This document shows, piece after piece, positions 9,020-17,976 of a stretch of DNA of 64,000 bases. The position numbers and the translations under genes were made by a program. The stretch comes from a virus: positions 32,001-96,000 of the IMG/VR virus record IMGVR_UViG_3300045988_082442, one strand, 5' to 3'. Positions within the stretch are counted from its first letter, which is position 1, and each line of letters begins with the position of its first letter. The notes under the pieces are model-generated. The model ran no database searches. It was not told where the DNA came from and saw nothing but the letters and a program-made list of their open reading frames with translations.

Positions 9020-9568
9020 TTAATATCCTCCTTTATCTAGGGTTTTCATCTTTTTATGATTTCTTACCCTTATTGCAAATGACCTTGTTCCATAATCTGC
9101 AATATCTTTTAATAGTTTTTCAATTAGTTTTTGAGTATCTGGGTGGAATATCATTGTAGGTTTATTCTTTTCATAATACTCTAATGGAGATTTTTGTGTC
9201 CACTTATCTCCCATATAAACTTTTCCAGCACCTATCCAATCACAAATCATTTCTGCAACATATCTATATGGAATTTTAGCTGGTTTATTTTCTTTGGTTC
9301 CTAAATTATCAATCCAATATTCCCAATGATGCTGATTTCTTCCTCTATGATGAAGCCATACATAAGAATAACCTTTTTCTTTCTTTTCTGCATCTATTGG
9401 ACTTGATGTTCCTTGAAAGTATTTAACACTTGTTTTAAATTCTGCCTTACTGAATTTACTCATATCATGTAATAATCCTTGTTTATATAGCCCACATTTA
9501 AAACAAATTTTTCCTACTTCCCATTTGTGTTTACACACAGTTTTGAAATGCTTTAAAGCCTTTTTCAT
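9020..9568 (-). CDS. conserved His-rich protein (DUF5662-like, from memory)
   Basis: I chose the start at 9568 because it has a GGAGGTG RBS. Motifs LLHDMSKF and [15 protein letters not shown] are present. The family assignment is from memory only. Confidence 0.55.
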   Translation of the reverse strand: MKKALKHFKTVCKHKWEVGKICFKCGLYKQGLLHDMSKFSKAEFKTSVKYFQGTSSPIDAEKKEKGYSYVWLHHRGRNQHHWEYWIDNLGTKENKPAKIPYRYVAEMICDWIGAGKVYMGDKWTQKSPLEYYEKNKPTMIFHPDTQKLIEKLLKDIADYGTRSFAIRVRNHKKMKTLDKGGY

Positions 9569-9583
9569 TTCTACACCTCCTAT

Positions 9584-9599
9584 ATTATATAACATCTTT
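9584..9599 (-). promoter_or_regulatory. extended -10 promoter cassette (AAAGATGTTATATAAT)
   Basis: Minus-strand copy of the recurrent AAAGATGTTATAAT motif, immediately upstream of the RBS of the leftward operon. Confidence 0.55.
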
Positions 9600-9649
9600 A
9601 TTTTGTAAAATATTAATGAGGAGAAATTGTATTTAAAGGAGGTATATAA

Positions 9650-12340
9650 ATGGCTGATGCTTATGGTGGATTTGTTTTTGGTCATACAATTATAAGTGAC
9701 TCGTGTGAGGTTTCACATGACTTTTGGGGGCAAGGTACTAAAACAGCTTTTGGTAACCTAAGTATTACAGTATTTGCATGGAGAGAAAATAAGTTTAATG
9801 ATAAAACACTACATTGGTGTATATATAGTTCAAGCAGGAGCCCCTTAAATACTGGTTATGGTAAATTATTAGTAGGTTCTAGAGATAGTATGCTATCTGA
9901 AAATTATTATTTAAGAGCAATGTCTATGCAACTTTCTATAAATGGAACATATATAGTTAATGGAAAACCTACTTGGTCTGATGGTTCATATAAAATGCCA
10001 TATTTTGCTGCCAAAACCCTTGTTACAGGTAATGCCTCTGGTAATGTAGCAACACCAGCTGGTGCATTAACAGAAGAAAATAAAGACAGATTACCAAATG
10101 GAGAGACATCATGGAGATTATTAGAAAAAGAATTTACAAGCAGGCTATATTTTGGTTTCCAGGTTTCTGACCATGGTATTAACTTTCAGGATGTACGAAA
10201 CTGGACAGCAAATAAAACAAGACAGAACATGACTTTCAAATACCCACCATATATGCCAGTTCCTAGTAAAAATACTGATAGTTTCCCATCTACACCTAGC
10301 AACGGAAGTATGGATATAAGTGATGGTTCGACTAAACTTACAAACTGGTGGGCATATAAAATTACTAAAGCTTCCAATAATAAGAATGTATTTAACTGGA
10401 ATCCTTCAACATCTACTGGGGAATATGGTCTTGGAATAACTACAGACGTCATAATAAATGGAAATACATATAATGGTACTGGTTCTAGTTCAAAAGATTA
10501 TACACATAGTACAATAGCAAGTTCATATTCTGGTTATGTAAAAAGATATTATACAGATATGACAGGTATTTATACTATAAGTTCGTCATCAACTGCATAC
10601 ACTTATTCAAAGCCATCTCTTTCTGGTATAGCTTTGAGTAAATCTACTTTAAGTCCTAGAAGTGGTAGTAGTTTAAGAGTTACACTTAATGGAATGAATA
10701 ATAGAACTTGGGGTGTTGAAAATCATTTCGACACAAAGATTTGGAGTAATTGTAATGGTAGTAGTGGAAGCCCATACACAAACGAAAGAACTACTTCAAA
10801 CTACAAAGATTATGGGCAAGGTGATATAAGGGCATTATTCCCAGATACATCAGCTTCAAATGGTGTTGTAAATGGTACTATTTATACATTAAGACGTAAT
10901 ATGGGTGTTAAAGGTGGAAACCCTGGAAATGGAACACAGATATATGTAACAGGTGTAAAGCAAGCAAATGTAAAGATACAATATACACCAAAAGAAAAAA
11001 TAAATGTAGATGATGAGCCAAATGGTAACGATAATCATAGTGGATTAGCATACTATAAATGTGAAAATGGAGTACAAGGAAATAAGATAGCTGCAGCAAC
11101 TACTTGGGAATTATTAAATAATTATGATATTTCTAATATGACTGGTATAAGGGTTAATGTGCAATACCCTAAAACTGATGGTTCTGGTGTTATTAGTGGG
11201 TATAGAGTTAGATTGTATTCTGCAGTAGATGGTTCACCTAAATCAGATACAATGTATTATGAGAATCATTTTAACACTTCTGATTATAACTTTACATTTA
11301 CAATATTTTATAGTGAGCTAAGAAGAGGTGTTAGTGGTAATATTATAAAGATAACACCATATTATACAGCTTCTAATGGTGCTAAATGGTACGGACCAGA
11401 AGTAAGTAAAAGATTTGTTGATATTGCTTGGAGATTAAATAAACCAGTTATAGACTGTCCATTAAATGATACTACTTGGCATAATCACAAATATAGAATA
11501 CTATTTAGATTACCAATAGATAAAGATACACAATATAATGGAAATACAAACGATATAGAGAATTATTACGGAAGTGGAAATTATAGATACCAAAATATAT
11601 GTATTAAAATAAATGGTATTGATACATATTTTGATGATAAAACATTCTATAATGCTCATAATGCTTGGAACAGTCCTATATCAATATCAAATGCAAATCT
11701 AACTTATAGAAGAACAATTATTGTAAACCCATCTTTATTACCAAATTATAAAGATGAGGCATCTTATTCAATTCAAATAAGAGTTAGAAAAGCATACGGA
11801 CAAAATTCAAACTGTGATGGATGGAGTGATTGGTCAGATACTATATTTGTTAGAAGAAAAACTGTATCTAATGATGTAGTAAAAAGACATGAATATATTA
11901 TGGCTTCCCATTATAAAACAGTTCAAGATGCTTTTAATAATAGTCTTGCTTGTTATTCTAAAACAGCTTCTGATAATAAGAACTTTGTAATAAAGGAAAG
12001 TTTTGATAGAGTAAGGGGAGATAACATAAATGGACCACATTTAAGTCCACCAACAAATACACCATTAAGAACAATAAGGGAATATGTAAGTGAATTTAAT
12101 GACTTACATCAACTAAAGAATAAAATCAATAGTTATGCATCATTTGACACTGACCAAGATAGAAGTTTAGTTAAACTAGATAGTAAAAATAATCTATTGG
12201 CTAATTTTACACCTAGCCAAGAGTTTATTACAGCTGCCAAAGACCAAAATGGTGCAACAGAATGTGATAACATAAATACAATACTAAAAGGTAGAAATTA
12301 TATGAAATATATGTGTGATGAGTTAAATCATCTTTATTAG
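9650..12340 (+). CDS. large Asn/Ser/Thr/Gly/Tyr-rich protein (possible beta-rich structural or adhesin-like protein)
   Basis: 896-aa ORF with a strong AAGGAGG RBS and its own terminator. Only its composition suggests a fibre or Ig-like structural protein; no catalytic motif was seen. Confidence 0.75.
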   Translation: MADAYGGFVFGHTIISDSCEVSHDFWGQGTKTAFGNLSITVFAWRENKFNDKTLHWCIYSSSRSPLNTGYGKLLVGSRDSMLSENYYLRAMSMQLSINGTYIVNGKPTWSDGSYKMPYFAAKTLVTGNASGNVATPAGALTEENKDRLPNGETSWRLLEKEFTSRLYFGFQVSDHGINFQDVRNWTANKTRQNMTFKYPPYMPVPSKNTDSFPSTPSNGSMDISDGSTKLTNWWAYKITKASNNKNVFNWNPSTSTGEYGLGITTDVIINGNTYNGTGSSSKDYTHSTIASSYSGYVKRYYTDMTGIYTISSSSTAYTYSKPSLSGIALSKSTLSPRSGSSLRVTLNGMNNRTWGVENHFDTKIWSNCNGSSGSPYTNERTTSNYKDYGQGDIRALFPDTSASNGVVNGTIYTLRRNMGVKGGNPGNGTQIYVTGVKQANVKIQYTPKEKINVDDEPNGNDNHSGLAYYKCENGVQGNKIAAATTWELLNNYDISNMTGIRVNVQYPKTDGSGVISGYRVRLYSAVDGSPKSDTMYYENHFNTSDYNFTFTIFYSELRRGVSGNIIKITPYYTASNGAKWYGPEVSKRFVDIAWRLNKPVIDCPLNDTTWHNHKYRILFRLPIDKDTQYNGNTNDIENYYGSGNYRYQNICIKINGIDTYFDDKTFYNAHNAWNSPISISNANLTYRRTIIVNPSLLPNYKDEASYSIQIRVRKAYGQNSNCDGWSDWSDTIFVRRKTVSNDVVKRHEYIMASHYKTVQDAFNNSLACYSKTASDNKNFVIKESFDRVRGDNINGPHLSPPTNTPLRTIREYVSEFNDLHQLKNKINSYASFDTDQDRSLVKLDSKNNLLANFTPSQEFITAAKDQNGATECDNINTILKGRNYMKYMCDELNHLY

Positions 12341-12378
12341 AGGTAGAGGGAATATTTGTCCCCTACCTCTTTTCTTTT
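12339..12378 (+). terminator. rho-independent terminator
   Basis: Stem AGAGGTAG(A)GGG/CCCCTACCTCT with a 9-nt loop, followed by TTTCTTTT. Confidence 0.65.
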
Positions 12379-12394
12379 GGGGAGGTTGATTATT

Positions 12395-12574
12395 ATGTAC
12401 ACGAAACATAGTTGCTATAAATGTGAAAACAGAAAAGTGGGTTGTCATTCAAATTGTGAAATCTACAATAAATATAAAATGGAGTTAGATGTTATTAATA
12501 GTAGAAAAAAACAATTTAAAGAAAATGAATACAATCCAAGGAGGTGTAAAATATGGAAGATAACTCAAAAATGA
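12395..12574 (+). CDS. small Cys-rich protein
   Basis: The ATG at 12395 has a GGGGAGG RBS. Contains CYKCENRKVGCHSNC. Confidence 0.55.
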   Translation: MYTKHSCYKCENRKVGCHSNCEIYNKYKMELDVINSRKKQFKENEYNPRRCKIWKITQK

Positions 12575-12831
12575 AAAAAGAAGAACTAAATAATCTGGAA
12601 AAGAACCTAGTTACGAAGCTAAATGAAATAAGAGATATAATGGATGCACAAAAGAATACTCTTGCTGTTAGTATCAGAAGAGATGTTGTTGCTGTTCAAT
12701 TAAAAGACATTTTAGATGAACATACATCTTTTCATTCTTTAAAGAATGCATTAGAAGAATATATAGAATACCTTTATTCAAATATTGAAATAAAGGAGGT
12801 TACAGAAGATGAAAACAACAACAAAGAATGA
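12553..12831 (+). CDS. hypothetical protein
   Basis: ORF with an AAGGAGG RBS. Confidence 0.55.
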   Translation: MEDNSKMKKEELNNLEKNLVTKLNEIRDIMDAQKNTLAVSIRRDVVAVQLKDILDEHTSFHSLKNALEEYIEYLYSNIEIKEVTEDENNNKE

Positions 12832-12976
12832 TTATATAGAAATAACTTGTAAAAGATATTGTGCTAATTATGATACATGTGATAAAAAGCATATACATAT
12901 CCACGAAATAAGTGATAAAACAACCAGTATTAGTTGTATTGCTTACAAAAAAAAGGAGGAAACTCGTGAAAGTTAA
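12809..12976 (+). CDS. small Cys-containing protein overlapping the mazF-like start (candidate cognate antitoxin)
   Basis: 55-aa hand-read ORF with an AAGGAGG RBS. It ends 10 nt inside the toxin-like gene. The antitoxin role is inferred from position only. Confidence 0.4.
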   Translation: MKTTTKNDYIEITCKRYCANYDTCDKKHIHIHEISDKTTSISCIAYKKKEETRES

Positions 12977-13289
12977 AAGAGGTGAAATATGGTATTGTAA
13001 GAATTTTGGTAATGGGTTAAAAGGCATTATATCTGGTCCAAGACCAGTATTAGTAATTTCAAATGATACTTTTAATGCTTGTAGCCCAGTTGTAAATATT
13101 CTTGGAATATCTGGTCAAGATAAAGAAAGTCCTGTTCACTATAAGGTTGCATTAGAAGAAGATAGCTATGTAAATTGTGAACAAATATATACAGTGAATA
13201 AATCATATATGATGAGAAAGATGGGAGAATTGGACGACCATCAAATGTTAGAAATTGAAAACTTATTAATGTTTCAATTAAATATGTAA
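12966..13289 (+). CDS. MazF/PemK/EndoA-family endoribonuclease toxin homologue
   Basis: The GTG start has a GGAGGA RBS. VKRGEIWY..GPRPVLVISND..SPVVNILGISG..SYVNCEQIYTVNKS aligns with B. subtilis EndoA and E. coli MazF as recalled from memory. Confidence 0.8.
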   Translation: MKVKRGEIWYCKNFGNGLKGIISGPRPVLVISNDTFNACSPVVNILGISGQDKESPVHYKVALEEDSYVNCEQIYTVNKSYMMRKMGELDDHQMLEIENLLMFQLNM

Positions 13290-13303
13290 AAGATGTTATT
13301 TAA
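13288..13303 (+). promoter_or_regulatory. weak variant of the AAAGATGTTAT promoter cassette
   Basis: AAAAGATGTTATTTAA directly upstream of the RBS. The -10 is degenerate. Confidence 0.3.
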
Positions 13304-13315
13304 AAGGAGGCATAT

Positions 13316-13567
13316 ATGGAAATAGATTTACAAACAATACTAAAAGGTATAAATATGTATAAAGTTGCTTCTAGTAATTTAGCTGCAGTAGGATATAATG
13401 CAACTTCAAAAGTATTAAGGGTTATATTTAATGGTGGCTCTTCTTACTTATACTTTGGTGTAGAGCCTATTGTATGGGATGCTTTATGTAAAAGTCAAAG
13501 CAAGGGAAGATTTCTAACAGAAAATGTAACTAAAAGAAAAGATAAGTATAAATATATAAAGATTTAA
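13316..13567 (+). CDS. KTSC domain protein
   Basis: SSNLAAVGYN..LRVIFNGGSSYLYFGVEPIVWDAL..SKGRF matches the KTSC domain pattern as recalled. Confidence 0.7.
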   Translation: MEIDLQTILKGINMYKVASSNLAAVGYNATSKVLRVIFNGGSSYLYFGVEPIVWDALCKSQSKGRFLTENVTKRKDKYKYIKI

Positions 13568-13594
13568 TCTATTATGTCTCAGCACTATTCTTTT

Positions 13595-13619
13595 AAGGCA
13601 GAGTAAATCTGCCTTTTCT
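13595..13619 (+). terminator. rho-independent terminator
   Basis: Stem AAGGCAGA/TCTGCCTT with loop GTAAA, followed by TTTCT. Confidence 0.6.
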
Positions 13620-13646
13620 AAATATTATAATGAAGGAGATTTAAAA

Positions 13647-14720
13647 ATGGAAATTGTATTTAACAGAACATTACTTATAGATGGAAGTTATATGTTACAT
13701 CGTCAACTTTCTGTCATAAATCAATGGGATTTACAAACAACAACTGGTAAAAGAACTGGTGGTGTATTTGGAGTTATAAAGAGTGTATTCAAGGAAATGC
13801 AAAAATATAACTATTTTCCAATAATGGTGTTTGATGGTGGCTTAGCTCCAAGAAGATTAGCACTATATTCAAACTATAAGAGAAATGAAGAAAAACAGTT
13901 ATTATTAGAAAGTACTAGCTATACTGAAAAGACAGAACAACAACTAATGGATGAAGCATTTATGAGAGAATACAGAACACAAAGAAAAGACATAATAGAA
14001 TTTATGCATGGTATGGGTATTCCTTGTATTAGAATAAAAGACTGGGAGGGTGATGACTTATTATATATTCTATCTAAAATGTCAAAAGACAGTATAATAA
14101 TTTCTGATGATAAAGATTTAATTCAAGCTGCATTTGAAGATGAAAATAGAAGATGTAGAATTTGGAGAACTATGCATGAGGAAATGCTTGATACTCATAT
14201 ACTGGAAAAAGAAGGTCTAAATGCTTGGAGTTATATAAATAGAAAAGCTATTTGTGGTGACCCATCTGATAATATTCCTTCTGCTTGTTATGGTGTTGGA
14301 GAAAAGACAGCATTAGACTTAATAAAACTTTATGAAAGTTGTAAATTAAATAATGTTAGTTTTCCACATGATGAAAACAGTTTAGCTGATGCTTGTATTA
14401 AAGCTGGTATTTCAAAGAGAAAGGCATATACTAATTTTGATGAAGCACAATTCATTATCAATATGGAATTGATGAATTTAAAACTTGTAGATAATGACAT
14501 TACAGAACAATTTGTTAATAAATTATATGATGAAATAATGATGGAACTAGAGATGCCAGATGAAAATATAATAAGAGATAAAATAGAAGAACTAGAAATG
14601 TTCTCATTAGATACTAAATCAATGAGAAATAAGGTTATTAAATTAAAAGATTATTTAAAAATAGAGGATAGACAAAAAGTAGAAAATCACTCAGAAGAAA
14701 CAATCACTCATTTATTTTAG
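13647..14720 (+). CDS. 5'-3' exonuclease / flap endonuclease (RNase H-like)
   Basis: Contains LLIDGSYM, VFDGG, EGDDLLY, ISDDKDL and ICGDPSDNIP..GVGEKTA (H3TH), which are the FEN/Pol I 5'-nuclease motifs. Confidence 0.88.
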   Translation: MEIVFNRTLLIDGSYMLHRQLSVINQWDLQTTTGKRTGGVFGVIKSVFKEMQKYNYFPIMVFDGGLAPRRLALYSNYKRNEEKQLLLESTSYTEKTEQQLMDEAFMREYRTQRKDIIEFMHGMGIPCIRIKDWEGDDLLYILSKMSKDSIIISDDKDLIQAAFEDENRRCRIWRTMHEEMLDTHILEKEGLNAWSYINRKAICGDPSDNIPSACYGVGEKTALDLIKLYESCKLNNVSFPHDENSLADACIKAGISKRKAYTNFDEAQFIINMELMNLKLVDNDITEQFVNKLYDEIMMELEMPDENIIRDKIEELEMFSLDTKSMRNKVIKLKDYLKIEDRQKVENHSEETITHLF

Positions 14721-14762
14721 AAAAAAGCTAAAAAAATTTAAAGAAGTATAGATTTTTAGGTT

Positions 14763-14780
14763 ATAAGATGTTATATTATA
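14763..14780 (+). promoter_or_regulatory. promoter cassette variant (ATAAGATGTTATATTATA)
   Basis: Recurrent motif. It is enclosed by a 9-bp inverted repeat AGGTTATAA/TTATAACCT. Confidence 0.45.
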
Positions 14781-14842
14781 TAGGAGGTATAGCTTTTTAT
14801 AACCTTTTAAATTTTATTATAGGAAATGGGGCATAAAACGTA

Positions 14843-17209
14843 ATGATTAAGTTAAAACCAAAAGACATAAATTATACAATGTCTACATATTTGAAAAAGA
14901 AATTAAAGAAAGAAACTATAAAAAATAGTGACGACTTAATGTATATATTGACTAATGATAATAAATCATATAGAGAGATTCTTAATGAAGTAGGTTCAGA
15001 TATTCCAGATGAAGAGTTTTATGAAACTGTTAATGAATTTATGGAAACAAACCCTTTTAAAAAAGAAAGAAAGGGTATTGCTGAGCTTGAAGGAGATAAT
15101 ATAAGAGTATCTTATACTGTTGATACAGATGGTATGGCTCACTGGTTAGAATTAGAAGATTTAAACACATACTTATTTAATGATGTCAATGAAGGGAAAT
15201 ACTCTGATTTAGAATTATCTAAATTAGTTATAAATGCCTTTTCAAAAGCATACCCAGTTATTCCAAATAAAGGGGTTGTTTGTTTTGACTTAAAACTTAT
15301 TGCTGATAAATCTGAGGGGAAATTGTCCTTATATGATGTAGCAAGATATTTTTATAGAGCAAGTAAATGTGGATTCTATAAAGTAGTTAAAACCAGATTA
15401 AATGTAGGTAATATACATACAATATTTATGTGCAAAATTGAACATTCTGATTATATGTATCTTGATGGAGAATCATTTGATACTTGTATTAAAGTTCCTA
15501 CCCATAAAGGAGTTGCAAGACTTCAAGATATGTTCAAAGAAGATACTGATTTATCAGAAGAAGATGTAGAATTATCAGAAATAAGATATAATGTTAGAAC
15601 ACCTCATGTTCTATATTCAAATCATTCATTACATTTAATGCCAGATGGTTCTATTGGTTATATCCTAAATAGTTTATTCATAGGAGCAAAAATCAAATAT
15701 ATAAGTAATAGAGGAGTATCATGTGATATTGTTGCTATACACTCAAACAAGAAATGGGATTGTTTCTCAAAAGTAACACATGGAAAAGAAGTTCTAAGAC
15801 AAGCCTATGATGATAAAATGTCAGAAAAGATATATAATAATCATATCATAGTATATGGATTTACATTTGGAGATGATACAACACTTTGTAGCAAGTTATT
15901 TAGTGAACAAAATGACAAGAAAAGCAGAAATATAATGAGCCTTGAAAGTGGATGGTTTATTACTCCTTCTGGAAGTAATATTAAAGGTATCTACATATAT
16001 GATAAAGATACTAAATGGCATACTATTAAGCAAGAGTGTATTGAATATACTGAAAGAAGAGGTGTCAGATTAGAAACTGAAAGAGAGAAAATAGTTAGAG
16101 AAAATAGCATAAGCAGTATTGAAAGTGTAATAGGTAAGAACACAAATATAGATGGTATGTGGTCTTCTTATGATAGCATAAAATACTCAAAAACAGTTTT
16201 AGATAGCATAGGGGGTAGTGTCCCTTTATTAACAAGTGAAGATATAGATGATATGTTAGTTACAGATGTAACTCAATTTGCTCTATATCTAACTATAATA
16301 AAACCTTATATGTCTTATATAAGTTGGAAGATAGACCTTGAAATGAAAGATTTTAAAGGTATGGTTGTTGATGAATTATGTGCTGGATATAATGGAATAT
16401 CTTATAACCCAATGATAATGGAAAATAAAGATAATTTCACAATGCACTATATAAATAGAAAAATAACAGAACTTATAGATTCTGGTATTTATTTCACAAA
16501 CCCAGAATTAGAAGATACTATTAAAAGTATCAGAAGAATAAGAAATAAAGAAGTAAAAGTTCAAGAAGTATCTTCTAAATTAGGTAAATATATAAATTTA
16601 GATGAAGTAGAAGATATATATAATACTATGAAATTGAGATATGATTATCTACTTGAACAAATATCTGAATTTAAACACATCAATGATTTAAACGGTAGAT
16701 ACAGAATGAAATTAGCTAGATTTTATCATAAATATAATAAAGCAACAGGTAAGAGATTACCAATACAAAATTTTAAAATAAATGTAATAGATTTAACAAG
16801 TGATATAATAAATGATAATAAAGAATATATTAAAAGAACAAATAATAAAGAAGCAAAAACAAAATTAAAAGAACTAAATAAATCATTAAGAAAACACTCA
16901 ATGACATTAAGAAAGAACATATTAAAAGAAACAATATTTGCAGATTATAAAACAAATAAAAAAGATATAAAATTAAATGAGATAAATAATGAAGTAAAAA
17001 CAAGATTACAAGATATAGTAACAGATGAATATTTAATAAATAATGGATACGATATGAGTAGAATAATTAAATTACAAGGGTATGTTGCTGATATTGAAAA
17101 CAGAATGTATGAGATAGAAGATGGGGATATATACTCTAATTCTCTTGGAAATCTAAATAATACTTTTGTTAGAGTAGATTGGCAACGAAGATTTGGGTTT
17201 ATTATGTAA
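14843..17209 (+). CDS. large hypothetical protein with a Lys-rich coiled-coil-like C-terminus
   Basis: 788-aa ORF with a weak RBS. No motif recognised. Confidence 0.7.
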   Translation: MIKLKPKDINYTMSTYLKKKLKKETIKNSDDLMYILTNDNKSYREILNEVGSDIPDEEFYETVNEFMETNPFKKERKGIAELEGDNIRVSYTVDTDGMAHWLELEDLNTYLFNDVNEGKYSDLELSKLVINAFSKAYPVIPNKGVVCFDLKLIADKSEGKLSLYDVARYFYRASKCGFYKVVKTRLNVGNIHTIFMCKIEHSDYMYLDGESFDTCIKVPTHKGVARLQDMFKEDTDLSEEDVELSEIRYNVRTPHVLYSNHSLHLMPDGSIGYILNSLFIGAKIKYISNRGVSCDIVAIHSNKKWDCFSKVTHGKEVLRQAYDDKMSEKIYNNHIIVYGFTFGDDTTLCSKLFSEQNDKKSRNIMSLESGWFITPSGSNIKGIYIYDKDTKWHTIKQECIEYTERRGVRLETEREKIVRENSISSIESVIGKNTNIDGMWSSYDSIKYSKTVLDSIGGSVPLLTSEDIDDMLVTDVTQFALYLTIIKPYMSYISWKIDLEMKDFKGMVVDELCAGYNGISYNPMIMENKDNFTMHYINRKITELIDSGIYFTNPELEDTIKSIRRIRNKEVKVQEVSSKLGKYINLDEVEDIYNTMKLRYDYLLEQISEFKHINDLNGRYRMKLARFYHKYNKATGKRLPIQNFKINVIDLTSDIINDNKEYIKRTNNKEAKTKLKELNKSLRKHSMTLRKNILKETIFADYKTNKKDIKLNEINNEVKTRLQDIVTDEYLINNGYDMSRIIKLQGYVADIENRMYEIEDGDIYSNSLGNLNNTFVRVDWQRRFGFIM

Positions 17210-17245
17210 CTAAATCTTGCTAACCATTGGTACCGTAAGTGTTCA

Positions 17246-17275
17246 AGACTTTTAAAAATAAGGGTTTAAAAGTCT
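17246..17275 (+). terminator. hairpin after the 14843-17209 gene (weak terminator candidate)
   Basis: 11-bp stem AGACTTTTAAA/TTTAAAAGTCT with an 8-nt loop. The tail ATTTA is poor. Confidence 0.4.
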
Positions 17276-17652
17276 ATTTAGTGTTCCCAAAAATATTTAC
17301 AGTATCAGTAATTTTTTGAATTTTTTAAAAAAGTGTTATAAGTTTTAAAATATAACAAGCATTATTTTAGAAGTTTTCTAAAATCCTCAATTTTGCTAAC
17401 ACCCTCTCTAAAATTCTGGAAATTGTTATAAAAATTTCGGACATTCTCCCAGTTCCTATTAATAAGCTTCCTAGATTGGATTAGCTCTAAGCTTAAAAGA
17501 CCAATGATACAAATTTTAATATTTGTTATTCCAAAGGGTATTTAATTATTCTCCCCTCAAATGATTATATGTTTATATCTTATCCTCTTCAATATTCTGT
17601 CTAGTATCCTGTGTTTATTTCTATTTAGGTTCTAAATATTAGATAACCCATA

Positions 17653-17694
17653 GGAAAGTATTTGTCTAGTATAAAGGTCAAAAACAAATACTTT
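17653..17694. repeat. perfect 12-bp inverted repeat (hairpin) in an ORF-free region
   Basis: GAAAGTATTTGT (17653-17664) pairs with ACAAATACTTTC (17683-17694), leaving an 18-nt loop. Confidence 0.7.
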
Positions 17695-17936
17695 CAAAGA
17701 GCAGTTAGGAAGCAGAATATTCATTTTAAGTAAAGCACCCTCCTGAGTGCTTTGGAGTATTTGAACTTTTCCAGAAATTCTCCTTCTAACTAAAAATATT
17801 AAAGTATGCTAGTAATAAATTTAGAATAAAATATATCTCTTATAAGCTTTAAAATATATCAAGTATTTATTAGTTTTGTATAAGCTTTAAAATACTTCAA
17901 GCATTTAAGTAGTTTTAGAATATAACAATTTATTAT

Positions 17937-17951
17937 CAAAAGATGTTATAA
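17937..17951 (+). promoter_or_regulatory. extended -10 promoter cassette (AAAAGATGTTATAAT)
   Basis: TGnTATAAT with a conserved AAAGA upstream. The RBS and ATG of the helicase gene follow within 26 nt. Confidence 0.6.
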
Positions 17952-17976
17952 TATATGAAAGGTAGGTACATAACAA

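Noticed and set aside
17210-17976. I searched the ORF-free regions (17210-17976, 56295-56673, 60108-60635) for tRNA genes, which large phages often cluster in such gaps.
   Set aside because: I could find no T-loop (GTTCRANYC), no D-loop GG and no cloverleaf with a 7-bp acceptor stem. The CTCGCCA at 60305 lacks a matching 5' acceptor strand at tRNA distance.
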